A stretch of DNA of 64,000 nucleotides from Candidatus Eiseniibacteriota bacterium (GTDB lineage: Bacteria; Eisenbacteria; RBG-16-71-46), in NCBI GenBank assembly GCA_963717935.1, contig CAVQXP010000004.1:1888001-1952000 (forward strand), in the 5' to 3' direction. A program made the translations under genes and the position numbers. The notes beneath the pieces are model-generated. The model was not told where the DNA came from, did not search any database, and worked only from the letters and a program-made list of their open reading frames with translations. Below are positions 15,312 to 26,992 of this stretch, one piece after another (position 1 is the first letter of the stretch; each line of letters opens with the position of its first letter).

Positions 15312-17208
15312 GTGAGTTCTGACGCCTCCTCCGCCTCCTCGGGCAAGCGCCCGGAGGGCCTTGACGACTTCGCCGCGGGCGACCTCGCGAGTGGCTGCGA
15401 AGTGGTGTGCGCCCTGGCAGGGTTGCGCGATCTGGAGACCCTGGAGCGCGGCGCGCTCGCCGCGTCGGTGCATCCGGCCGGGGCCGGCTTCGAGCGGGCG
15501 TGGCTCTTCGTCTGGGATGCGTGCTCGAGCCTGCTGGAGGGCCGTGGGTCCGCCTGTGCCCCGGCGGCGCCGCCGCCCCTTGCCGCCTGGGTCGAGCAAC
15601 ACACTTCGCCGCGCCTCGAGTTGGAGCCGCGCTCGAGGCCGTTGACCCTGAGGCCGGATCAGCTGCGCGGTGTGGTCGGGCAGGCGTGGACCCCGGGAGC
15701 GACGCCGTCCGCCGCCGAGCCGGAAGCCGGCGTGCCGTGGGCGGGAGCGGCGCAGGTCGGGGCGGTGGCGCTGCGCCGGTCTGGGCTCCCGTGGGTGCTC
15801 CTGGTCGGAACGTGGAGCGTGGCCCCCGAACCCGGGCGGCGTGCGGCGCTGGCAGCGATCGCGGGACTCTGCCGACAGGCTGCACGGGCGCTGGATCACG
15901 AGCGCGAGGGCAGACGCCGGGCGCAGCACGCAGGCGCTCTGGCGCAGGCGGCGCGTGCCGTCGGCGCCACGCTCAACCTGGTCGAGGTCCTCCAGCAGTT
16001 GGTGCGCCTCGCCGCGCAAGGCACGGGGGCGCGCGGGGGTGCGCTGTGGGTGGTGGAGCCGGACGGGCTGCGCCTCGCGGTGACGCACGGATCCGCCGGG
16101 GGGAGGGAGCGCACGGGGCGGGCGCTGCAGAGCCTTGCCGAGAGGGTGGTGGAGGAGGGGAGGACGCGCGTGGCGGAGCGGGCGACCGAGGAGCTGTTGC
16201 ATGCGCCCGAGGTGATGGCGGAGGTGGACACCGTGGTGATCTGCCCGCTGAGCGCCTACGGGCAGGTGCTCGGGGCGGTGGCTTGCTACGACCGCCTGTC
16301 CACGCATCGGAGCGACCCTGTGGGTTTCCCGGGCGCGGACGTCGAGTACGTGGCTGCGCTGGCCGACCTTGCGGGGCTCGCGCTCGACCAGGCGGGCCGG
16401 TTCAAGGAGTTGCGCCGGGGTGAGCAGCAGCGCCGCGAGCTGACCGGGCGGCTGCAGCGACAGGAGCGGCTCGCGTGGCTCGGGGAGCTGGCTGGCCGCA
16501 TGGCGCAGGAGACGCGCAACCCGCTGGCATCCATCGGGGCGTTCGCTCGGCGTGCCCAGCGTTCGCTCGCGGAGGACCACCCGGGCCGCGACTACCTCGA
16601 GATCGTCCTGCGCGAGGTGGAGCGACTCGAGCGACTGCTGGCCGAGCAACTCAGCTACGCGCCGTCGAGCGAGGGCGCGCTTCGCCTCGAGAGTCTCAAC
16701 GTGGTGGTGCAGGAGGTGTTGTCGGGGGCCGCCGACGCGCTGGTGCTGCGGCGCGTGCGGCTCGTGAAGAAGCTGGCGGCCGACCTGCCCGCGCTGCTGC
16801 TCGATCGCGAGCGCATCCAGCGCGTGGTCGCGAACGTGCTGGAGAGCGCGCTCGAGGCCGTGGGCGTCGGGGGTCGCATCCGGATCGAGTCGCGTCGCCT
16901 CGGGGCGTCGGTGCTGCTGGAGTTGGCGCACGACGGCGCGCGAGCCCCGGGCGAGGTGCTGGAGCAGGTCTTCGTGCCCTTCGCGAGTCAACGGCCGGGC
17001 GGGCCCGGCGGTGGGTCTGGGGGTCGCGCAGCAGATCGTGCGCGAGCACGGCGGGGAGATCCGCGTACGCGGCGACGGGGAGTGGGGGACGGTCTTCTCC
17101 TTGAGCTTGCCGGTGCGCGAGAACCAGGACCGCCGGCGCGTCGGTGCGGACCGGCGCCGAATCCGCGCGGACCGGCGCTCGCAGCGGTCCGAGGCGAGGC
17201 CGGGTTGA
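15312..17208 (+). CDS. Cytoplasmic GAF-GAF-DHp-CA sensor-kinase-like protein with degenerate catalytic boxes (frameshift ~17005)
   Basis: SD GGAGG plus GTG; GAF-like segments (FERAWLFVWD, VICPLSAYGQVLGAV); ERLAWLGELAGRMAQETRNPL H-box, VFVPF F-box, GLGVAQQIVREHGG...GTVFSLSLPV in the shifted frame. Confidence 0.82.
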
Positions 17209-17232
17209 CCCCCTTGCGGCGGGCGTGATAAT
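17205..17232 (+). promoter_or_regulatory. Putative sigma70 promoter for tRNA-Phe/Thr-glmM operon
   Basis: TTGACC-N16-GATAAT upstream of the tRNAs. Confidence 0.55.
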
Positions 17233-17293
17233 CGTGACGGGTCTGCAGGGGCTGCCGGTGGCGCCTCCGACCGGTGCGCCCATTGGATCCGGT

Positions 17294-17369
17294 GCGACCC
17301 TAGCTCAGTTGGTAGAGCACGTGACTGAAAATCACGGTGTCCCCAGTTCGATTCTGGGGGGTCGCACCA
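17294..17369 (+). tRNA. tRNA-Phe(GAA)
   Basis: Acceptor GCGACCC/GGGTCGC, anticodon arm CGTGA-CTGAAAA-TCACG, T loop TTCGATT, encoded CCA. Confidence 0.97.
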
Positions 17370-17425
17370 TACGTATGCGCGGCGGTCGCGGCGTTTCTGC
17401 GCTGGCGGCCGTCGGAGACGCGAGA

Positions 17426-17501
17426 GCCGGTGTAGCTCAGCTGGTAGAGCCTTCGATTCGTAATCGAAAGGTCTGCGGTTCGAATCCGCACACCGGCTCC
17501 A
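17426..17501 (+). tRNA. tRNA-Thr(CGT)
   Basis: Acceptor GCCGGTG/CACCGGC, anticodon arm TTCGA-TTCGTAA-TCGAA, T loop TTCGAAT, encoded CCA. Confidence 0.97.
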
Positions 17502-17631
17502 TTCCCGGGCCGAACGCGCGCCACGCGCGGCTGGCACATCCCGGGCCGAAGGCGCGGGGGAGACCCTGCCCGCCGGTCCGGCGCAGCGGGGTACGGACCT
17601 CGCAAGGCCGGCCCCGGGAGGGGCCCGGACG

Positions 17632-18981
17632 ATGACTTCACCGTTGATGATCAGTGTGGCCGGCGTGCGCGGCATCGTCGGGGATTCCCTGACTCCGCCG
17701 GTGGTGACGCGGTTCGCGGCGGCCTTCGCCCGCTCGCTCGGGACCGGTCCCGTGGTCGTAGGACGCGATGCGCGGCCTTCGGGCCCGGTCGTCCATCACG
17801 CCGTGGCCGCGGGGCTGCGCTCCGCGGGCCGGGAGGTCGTGGACCTCGGCCTCGCCACCACGCCCACGACCGAGATCGCCGTCGAGCGCTTGTGCGCGGC
17901 GGGCGGCGTGATCATCACGGCGAGCCACAACCCCGCACCCTGGAACGCGCTCAAGTTCCTCTCGGCGCGCGGCGAGTTCCTCGGACCGTCCGAGGGTGCT
18001 GCGGTGCGCGCGGCCTTCGAGGCGGACGCGGGCCTCTGGACGGACGCCGCCGGGCTGGGTGGCGAGCGCGCGGAGTCGGCTGCGCTCGACTGGCACCTCG
18101 AACGGGTGCTCGGGCTCGACGTCCTGGACGTCGCCGTCATCCGCGCCCGCGCTCTGAGCGTGGTGGTGGACGGTTGCTCGAGCGTGGGGGGCATCGCGGT
18201 TCCGCCGCTGCTGCGCGCGCTCGGGGTCCGCGTGACGGAACTGGATTGCGCGGCGGACGGCGATTTCCGTCGTGAGCTCGAACCACTCCCCGAGCATCTC
18301 GGTGGGCTGTCACGCGCGGTGGTCGAGTCCGGTGCCGACTTCGGTGTCGCGCTCGACCCCGACGGTGATCGCGCGGCGTTCGTGGACGCGGGTGGTACGC
18401 CGCTGGGCGAGGAGTTCACGCTCGCGCTCGGAGTGCAGGTCGTGCTGGCGCGGCGGCGCGGGCCGGTGGTGACAAACCTCTCCACCTCCCGTATAGTCGA
18501 TGCGGTCTGCACGCAGGCGGGTGTGGCTCTCCATCGTACGCCGGTGGGCGAGGCGCACGTGGTGGCCGGGATGCGAGCCTGCGGGGCGGTGGCGGGCGGG
18601 GAGGGCAACGGCGGCATGATCCTGCCGGCCGCTCACTATGGCCGCGACGGGCTCGTGGCCGTGGCGCTCGTGGCACAGGCGGTGGCCGCCGGGGGGATGA
18701 GCCTGCGCGCGCTGGCCGACGCGCTCCCGGCGCTCCACATGGTGAAGCGGAAGTTCCCGCGGACGGGTGGGGACTGGGAGGGCCCGTCCGGGAGGTTGCT
18801 GCGGCGCTTCGCCGGGTTTGCGGCGGACGAGGCTGACGGGCTGCGGTTCGCCCGCGGCGAGGAGTGGGTTCACGTGCGGCCCTCGGGCACCGAGCCGGTG
18901 GTCCGCATCATCGCGGAGGCGCCGGCAGAGGCCCGCGCGCTGGAGTTGATCGAGCAGGCGCGCGAGGCGTTGCAGGGGTAG
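17632..18981 (+). CDS. glmM: Phosphoglucosamine mutase / phosphohexomutase
   Basis: GVRG, ITASHNP phosphoserine loop, DPDGDR metal loop, GGEGNGG, VRPSGTEP; directly upstream of glmS. Confidence 0.88.
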   Translation: MTSPLMISVAGVRGIVGDSLTPPVVTRFAAAFARSLGTGPVVVGRDARPSGPVVHHAVAAGLRSAGREVVDLGLATTPTTEIAVERLCAAGGVIITASHNPAPWNALKFLSARGEFLGPSEGAAVRAAFEADAGLWTDAAGLGGERAESAALDWHLERVLGLDVLDVAVIRARALSVVVDGCSSVGGIAVPPLLRALGVRVTELDCAADGDFRRELEPLPEHLGGLSRAVVESGADFGVALDPDGDRAAFVDAGGTPLGEEFTLALGVQVVLARRRGPVVTNLSTSRIVDAVCTQAGVALHRTPVGEAHVVAGMRACGAVAGGEGNGGMILPAAHYGRDGLVAVALVAQAVAAGGMSLRALADALPALHMVKRKFPRTGGDWEGPSGRLLRRFAGFAADEADGLRFARGEEWVHVRPSGTEPVVRIIAEAPAEARALELIEQAREALQG

Positions 18982-18993
18982 GAGGGTCGTTCC

Positions 18994-20827
<1,834 letters not shown>

Positions 20828-20846
20828 GGCGGCGGCGGAGGAGCCC

Positions 20847-21248
20847 ATGAAGAGCCCGTTGAACGTCCCGGATGCGCCGGCCGCGATCGGTCCCTACAGC
20901 CAGGCCCAGGTCGTGCGCCTGCACGGTGGCAACCGGCTGGTCTACACCTCCGGCCAGCTCGGGCTGGACCCGGCGAGCGGGAAGCTGGTCGCGGGCGGTG
21001 TCGCGGGGCAGACCGAGCAGGCGCTGCGCAACCTCGCCGCGGTGCTGCGTGGCGCGGGGCTGACGCTCGCCGACGTGGTGAAGACCACGGTCTACCTCGC
21101 CGACATGGCGGAGTTCGCGGCCATGAACGAGATCTACGGTCGGCACTTCGCGAGCGATCCGCCCGCGCGGACCACGATCGCCGCCGCCGGCCTGCCGAAG
21201 GACGCCCGGGTCGAGATCGAAGCGGTGGCCGTGGGACGGGAACTCTGA
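20847..21248 (+). CDS. ridA: RidA/YjgF reactive-intermediate deaminase
   Basis: APAAIGPYSQA, SGQLG, VVKTTVYL, PARTT, LPKDARVEIE. Confidence 0.93.
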   Translation: MKSPLNVPDAPAAIGPYSQAQVVRLHGGNRLVYTSGQLGLDPASGKLVAGGVAGQTEQALRNLAAVLRGAGLTLADVVKTTVYLADMAEFAAMNEIYGRHFASDPPARTTIAAAGLPKDARVEIEAVAVGREL

Positions 21249-21255
21249 GCCGGTC

Positions 21256-22315
21256 GTGAGCGAGCGACGGCGCATCGAGGTGCGCCTCACCGCGCAGGTC
21301 GCCTGCTCGGGCTGAGCGTCCAAGCTGGGTCCGGCGGACCTGAGAGCGGTCTTGAGCGGGCTTCCGGCGCGGTGCGCGCGACCGGCGCGTGCTGGTGGAC
21401 GAGTCCACCCTCGACGACGCGGGCGTCTTCGCCTTCGGCCGGGGCACGGCGCTGGTGCAGACCGTGGACTTCTTCACGCCCGTGGTGGACGACCCCTACG
21501 ACTTCGGGCAGATCGCCGCGGCCAACGCCCTGTCGGACGTCTACGCGATGGGCGGGACGCCACTGACGGCGCTGGCGGTGCTGTGCGTGCCCGGGAAGCA
21601 GATCGGCCCGGAGGTGCTGCGCGCGATCCTGCGCGGCGGGCAGGACAAGATGCGCGAGGCGGGCGTGAGCATCCTGGGCGGTCACTCGGTGACCGACCCC
21701 GAGCTCAAGTTCGGCTACAGCGTGACGGGCGTGGTGCAGCGGCGCCGGTTGCTCTCGAATGCGGGCGCGCGCCCCGGGGACCGGCTCGTCCTGACGAAGC
21801 CGCTGGGAACGGGCGTGCTGGCCACGGCGCTCAAGCAGGGGCGGCTCGACCTGGCGCAGACGCGCCGCCTCACGCGCACGATGACCGCGCTCAACCGCAG
21901 TGCCGCGGAGGTGGCGGTCGAATTCGGCGCGCACGCGGCGACCGACGTCACGGGCTTCGGGTTCGTCGGCCACGCGGTGCAGCTGGCCGAGGCGAGCGGC
22001 GTGACCCTGCGCCTGCGTCCGGCCCGGCGCTGGTTCCTGCCCGGTACGCTCGAGCTGGCGGCGCAGGGTGCGGTGGCGGGGGGGCTGAACCGAAACCGCG
22101 AGTTCTACGCCCCGGCGGTGGGTGGCGACGCGCTGGCCGAGCCGCTGGCCCTCGCGCTGCACGACCCGCAGACCTCGGGCGGGTTGCTCATCGCCTGTTC
22201 GGCGCGGCGGGCGCCGGGGCTGCTCGTGGCGCTCAAGCGCCGCAGGGTCTGGGCGATGGTGGTGGGCGAGGCGCTGCCACGCGGAACGCGCGCACTCGAG
22301 CTGGTCGCGCCCTGA
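21256..22315 (+). CDS. selD: Selenide, water dikinase; selenoprotein (UGA 21313-21315 = Sec; frameshift ~21370)
   Basis: N-terminus RLTAQVACSG-UGA-ASKLGP matches the SelD C/U-x-x-K catalytic motif; DDAGV, QTVDFFTPVVDDP, ANALSDVYAMGG, TDVTGFG, DPQTSGGLL. Confidence 0.93.
21326..21342 (+). promoter_or_regulatory. Bacterial SECIS-like hairpin
   Basis: UGGGUCC-GGC-GGACCUG stem-loop beginning 10 nt after the in-frame UGA, with G in the apical loop. Confidence 0.6.
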
Positions 22316-22456
22316 GGGCGCCGGGGCCGCGCGCGCTGGGCGCCAGGGCGCTGCGGTGGATCGCGCCGCCGAAGGTTGGCGCGGAGGGTCGGCTCTCTGG
22401 TAAGAGTGTGAGGATGGACTTCAGGCGAGCGGGCCCCGGTGGGCGTAAAGCAGTGC

Positions 22457-22554
22457 GGGAACGAATGGGATCTGGTGGTCCCCGGGGACTTCAAATCCCG
22501 CGGTCGGGCGTTAAGAGCGTCCGAGGTGGGTTCGATTCCCACGCGTTCCCGCCA
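22457..22554 (+). tRNA. selC: tRNA-Sec(TCA)
   Basis: 98 nt; long acceptor GGGAACG/CGTTCCC, 6-bp D stem GGGATC/GGTCCC with 4-nt loop, anticodon TCA at 22491-22493, long variable arm, T arm GTGGG/CCCAC, G discriminator plus CCA. Confidence 0.95.
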
Positions 22555-22587
22555 TCCCGACGACGGGCCGGCTGGCTCGCCATCGGG

Positions 22588-23226
22588 ATGGCGGTGGGGC
22601 TGGCCGTGGGCGCCGGGGCGGGCGTGGCTCGAGCGATGGCGCCCGCGGAGCCGGCCTTGACGCCGGTGGTGGCGGACTCGAGCACGGGGATGCTCCCGGG
22701 CGCGAGGGAGCCGGGTGCGGTGCCCTCGGACAACGCGGGGCGAGGGCTGCAGCTCGAGCGCCGGGCGGACACTGCTGTCGACACGGTGCGGGTCCGCGTG
22801 CGGCGCGGCCGCTTCGAGACCCCGCGCTGGGTCATGCTGCGATCGCTGGCCTTCCCGGGCTGGGGGCAGCTCCACAACGGTTCGTGGCTCAAGGCAGCGG
22901 TGTTGGGGGGCGGCGAGATCTGGCTGCTTGCCGGGATGGTGGAGGATGATCGGCGCATCCGGCAGCTGAGGGCCGAGGCGGACCTGGCGATGGCAGAGGC
23001 AGACAACGAGCGGTACAACACCGCGGTCGACGCGTACAACAGCCGGCTCGAACGGCTCATCTCGCGCCAGTGGCTGCTGGGGGGCCTGCTGGTCTACGCG
23101 CTGACGGACGCCTACGTGGACGCGCACTTCAGGGACTTCAAGGTGGAGTTCGAGTTCGACCCGGCGCTCAAGGGCGGGAAGCCGCCGGCCGGCCAGACGC
23201 GGCTCTCCCTGCGGTGGGACTTTTGA
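22588..23226 (+). CDS. DUF5683-like membrane/exported protein (start uncertain)
   Basis: P..[21 protein letters not shown] and DAYVDAH motifs; C-terminal LSLRWDF. Confidence 0.75.
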   Translation: MAVGLAVGAGAGVARAMAPAEPALTPVVADSSTGMLPGAREPGAVPSDNAGRGLQLERRADTAVDTVRVRVRRGRFETPRWVMLRSLAFPGWGQLHNGSWLKAAVLGGGEIWLLAGMVEDDRRIRQLRAEADLAMAEADNERYNTAVDAYNSRLERLISRQWLLGGLLVYALTDAYVDAHFRDFKVEFEFDPALKGGKPPAGQTRLSLRWDF

Positions 23227-25031
23227 GCGACCCGCGCCTGAGCCGCATCCGCAACTTCTGCATCATCGCCCACATCGACCACGGCAAGAGCACGCTGGCC
23301 GACCGGCTGCTGGAGCTCACGCACACGCTCACGCCCCAGCAGATGAAGGCGCAGGTCCTGGACGACATGGATCTCGAGCGCGAGAAGGGCATCACCATCA
23401 AGTCGCACGCCATCGCCATGGAGTACACGGCCCGCGACGGCGTGACCTACGAGCTGAACCTGATCGACACGCCCGGGCACGTGGACTTCACGTACGAGGT
23501 GTCGCGCAGCCTGGCGGCCTGCGAGGGCGCGATCCTGGTGGTGGACGCCTCGCAGGGCATCGAGGCGCAGACCCTCTCGAACTACCTCCTCGCGCGCGAG
23601 CAGAACCTGGCGCTGACCGCGGCCATCAACAAGGTGGACCTGCCGGCGGCGCGTCCGGACGACGTGGCGCTCGAGATCGAGCACGCGACCGGCCTGCCGG
23701 CCGAGCACGTGGCGCGCATCAGCGCCAAGACGGGGCTGGGTGTGCCCGCCCTGCTGGAGCAACTCATCCAGGACATCCCGCCGCCTGCGGGCGACCCCGA
23801 TGCACCGCTGCGGGCCCTGATCTTCGATTCGCGCTTCGACCAGTACCGCGGCGTGGTCGCGCTGGTCCGGGTCGTGGACGGCCAGGTGCGCGCCGGCGAC
23901 GCCATCGTCTTCCTCTCGACGGGCAAGCGCCACGAGGTGACCGAGGTCGGCCACCTGCGTCTGAAGCTCGAGCCCGCGGAAGTCCTGGGCACGGGCGACG
24001 TGGGTTACGTCGTCGCCGGGGTGAAGACCGTGGCGGACGCGCGCGTCGGCGACACGCTGGGCGCGGCGGACGCGCCGGGTCTGGAGGCGCTGCCGGGGTT
24101 CCGCGACGTGAAATCGATGGTGTTCTCGGGGCTCTATCCGATCGAGTCGGAGGGGTACGAGTCCCTCAAGGAGGCGCTGGCGAAGTTCGCGTTGAACGAT
24201 GCGGCGCTGGTCTACGAGCCCGAGACCTCGGTCGCGCTGGGCTTCGGCTTCCGCTGCGGCTTCCTCGGCCTGCTCCACATGGAGATCGTCCAGGAGCGCC
24301 TGCGCCGGGAGCACCAGCTCGACCTCATCGCCACGACTCCGAGCGTCGAGTACCATGTGCTGCTCGAGAGCGGCGAGCAGTTGAAGGTGGACAACCCGAG
24401 CCAGATGCCGCCCGCGGGGGACATCGTGGTCGTGGAAGAGCCGTACGTGCTGTCGCATGTGCTCACGCCCGCCGAGTACCTGGGCGCCGTGATGAAGCTG
24501 TGCCAGGACCGGCGGGGGGTCTTCGTGAGCCTGGACTACCTGGAGGAGCAAAGGGCACGCGTAGCGTACCGGCTGCCGCTGGCGGAGATCGTGCTCGACT
24601 TCTACGACCGCCTGAAGAGCGTCTCGCGCGGGTACGCGTCGCTGGACTACGAGTTCGAGGGCTGGCACGAAGGGGACGTCGTGAAGCTGGACATCCTGCT
24701 GAACGGTGACCGCGTGGACGCGCTCTCGGCCATCGTGCACCGGGACAAGGCCTACGAGTGGGGGCGGGACATCTGCGCGAAGCTCAAGGAGCTCATCCCC
24801 CGCCAGATGTTCCAGGTCGCCATCCAGGCGGCGCTGGGGGGCAAGGTGATCTCTCGCGAGACGGTCGGCGCGCTGCGTAAGAACGTCACGGCGAAGTGTT
24901 ACGGTGGCGACATCACCCGCAAGCGCAAGCTGCTCGAGAAACAGAAGGAAGGCAAGCGCCGTATGAAGCAGATCGGCACGGTCGAAGTACCTCAGGAGGC
25001 CTTCCTGGCGGTGCTGAAGGTCGAACGATAG
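23223..25031 (+). CDS. lepA: Elongation factor 4
   Basis: [56 protein letters not shown] start. Confidence 0.98.
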   Translation: MSDPRLSRIRNFCIIAHIDHGKSTLADRLLELTHTLTPQQMKAQVLDDMDLEREKGITIKSHAIAMEYTARDGVTYELNLIDTPGHVDFTYEVSRSLAACEGAILVVDASQGIEAQTLSNYLLAREQNLALTAAINKVDLPAARPDDVALEIEHATGLPAEHVARISAKTGLGVPALLEQLIQDIPPPAGDPDAPLRALIFDSRFDQYRGVVALVRVVDGQVRAGDAIVFLSTGKRHEVTEVGHLRLKLEPAEVLGTGDVGYVVAGVKTVADARVGDTLGAADAPGLEALPGFRDVKSMVFSGLYPIESEGYESLKEALAKFALNDAALVYEPETSVALGFGFRCGFLGLLHMEIVQERLRREHQLDLIATTPSVEYHVLLESGEQLKVDNPSQMPPAGDIVVVEEPYVLSHVLTPAEYLGAVMKLCQDRRGVFVSLDYLEEQRARVAYRLPLAEIVLDFYDRLKSVSRGYASLDYEFEGWHEGDVVKLDILLNGDRVDALSAIVHRDKAYEWGRDICAKLKELIPRQMFQVAIQAALGGKVISRETVGALRKNVTAKCYGGDITRKRKLLEKQKEGKRRMKQIGTVEVPQEAFLAVLKVER

Positions 25032-25039
25032 GGGGAGGC

Positions 25040-25693
25040 ATGGCGGGGAAGAAGCGTTCCATCGTCCGCGAGTACGTCGAGGCCGCGCTGTGGGCACTGG
25101 TGCTCACGTTCCTGCTGCGCGCGTTCGTCATCCAGGCGTTTCGCATCCCGTCCGAGTCCATGGTCCCCACGCTGCTCAAGGGGGACTTCCTGTTCGTGAA
25201 CAAGTTCGAGTACGGGCCCAAGATCCCCTTCACCCACGTCCGCCTGCCCGGCCTGCGCGGGCCCCGCACGGGAGACGTCATCGTCTTCCAGTTCCCGGCC
25301 AATCCAAGCCTGGACTACATCAAGCGCTGCGTCGCGACCGGCGGGCAGACGGTGGAGGTCCGGGACAAGGTGGTCTACGTGGACGGGGTGCCCTCTCTTG
25401 CGGCCGACCGCTACGCGTACCACATGGACCCGGGCATCTCGTGCGGGGGCCAGATCGGGCCCTTCCCGGAGGACGTGGGGCTGCAGACCTGCCGGGACAA
25501 TTTCGGGCCGTTCCGCGTGCCGCCCGGGCGTCTGTTCATGATGGGCGACAACCGCGAGAACTCGAACGACAGTCGCTTCTGGGGCACCGTGCCGATGGAC
25601 TACGTGAAGGGCCGCGCCATGTTCATCTACTGGTCCTGGGATGGCGCGCGCTTCCAGCCCCGCTGGGAGCGTCTGCTGCGCATCCTGCACTAG
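25040..25693 (+). CDS. lepB: Signal peptidase I
   Basis: IPSESMVPTL (catalytic Ser), YIKR (Lys), GDNRENSNDSRFWG. Confidence 0.96.
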   Translation: MAGKKRSIVREYVEAALWALVLTFLLRAFVIQAFRIPSESMVPTLLKGDFLFVNKFEYGPKIPFTHVRLPGLRGPRTGDVIVFQFPANPSLDYIKRCVATGGQTVEVRDKVVYVDGVPSLAADRYAYHMDPGISCGGQIGPFPEDVGLQTCRDNFGPFRVPPGRLFMMGDNRENSNDSRFWGTVPMDYVKGRAMFIYWSWDGARFQPRWERLLRILH

Positions 25694-25703
25694 CGCGGCG
25701 GCG

Positions 25704-26992
25704 ATGATCGCGCGCAGCGGCGAGGGGCCCGGCGTGGCCGCACGCGAAGCCGCGCGCGCGGGGCTCTACGTGCACGTGCCGTTCTGCGCGGCGCGCTGCG
25801 CCTACTGCGACTTCTCGAGCGGCCTCTTCTCGGTCGCGGGCGCGGAACGCTGGCTGGCGGGCCTGGAGCGCGAGGTGGGGCAGCGCGCACCGGCGGCGGC
25901 CGGGCTGGCCTTCAGTTCGGTGTTCCTGGGCGGCGGGACGCCCTCGACGCTGGCTCCGGAGCAGGTCGGGCGGCTGTTCCGGGCGTTGCACGGCGGTTTC
26001 GCCATCGCGCCGGACGCGGAGATCACGCTCGAGGCGAACCCGGAGTCGGTGGGGGCGCGGCGGCTTGCCGCCTGGCGGGAGGCGGGCGTGAACCGGCTCT
26101 CGGTCGGGGCGCAGAGCTTTCACGCCGACGAGCTGGCGCGTCTCGGTCGCATCCACCCGGTGGGGCGCCCCGCCGAGGCGTTCGCCCTGGCCCGGGCGCA
26201 CGGCTTCCGGCGGCTCTCGCTCGACCTCATGTTCGGCTTCCCGGGGCAGACGCTCGAGCGCTGGGAGGCGAGCCTGGAGCGCGCGCTCGAACTGGAACCC
26301 GAGCACGTTTCCGCGTACGCGCTCAGCCCCGAGCCGGGCACGCAGCTGGGCGACGCGGTGCTGACGGGCGCGGCCGCGGTGCCGTCGGACGAGGAGCAGG
26401 CGGAGGCCTACCGGTTCTTCCTGGAGCGCGCCGCCCGGGCGGGTCTGGGGAGTCTACGAGACGTCGAACGTGTGCCGGCCCGGTGCCGAGGCGCGTCACA
26501 ACCTGGTCTACTGGCTGCGGCGGCCGTATCTCGGGCTCGGGCCGTCGGCGCACGGCCTGCTGGGTGGCGCGCGTTACGGGAATCTCCGGGACTTCGAACG
26601 CTGGGCAGTGGCGCTCGCGTCGGGTGGCTCGCCCGAGGCGGAGCGCGAGGCGGAGAGCGCGGCCGCTGCAGCGCGCGAGGTGCTTCTGCTGGGCCTGCGC
26701 CTCACGACGGGTGTGCGCCGGGGCGACTACGAGCCGGGGTTGTGGGAGGCCGTGGCGCGGCGCTACGGGGCCGCGCTGGAGGATGCCGCCGCGACCGGGC
26801 GGCTGCGCGCGACCGCGGACGGCTTCGCGATCCCGCAGCGCGCTGCGCTACCTCGCCGACGACGCGCTTGCGTGGATCGAGGCGCGCGCGGAGGCGCACG
26901 GATTTGACAGTGACTCCGCGCACTCCGTACCTTCGCTGCCATGTCCCAGCCCGCCGTCATCGGCAACCGGAGCGGCTCCGACCCGGACCTGA
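25704..26992 (+). CDS. hemW: Radical SAM heme chaperone HemW (frameshifts ~26450 and ~26837; end uncertain, 26907-26992)
   Basis: LYVHVPFCAARCAYCDF, GGGTPS, ITLEANP, NRLSVGAQSF, YETSN, HNLVYW, YLGLGPSAH. Confidence 0.9.
26904..26933 (+). promoter_or_regulatory. Putative sigma70 promoter for leaderless hrcA
   Basis: TTGACA-N18-TACCTT, ATG 7 nt downstream, no SD. Confidence 0.6.

Noticed and set aside
17502..18993. glmS ribozyme
   Set aside because: glmS is only 12 nt after glmM, and no ribozyme core was recognised upstream of glmM.
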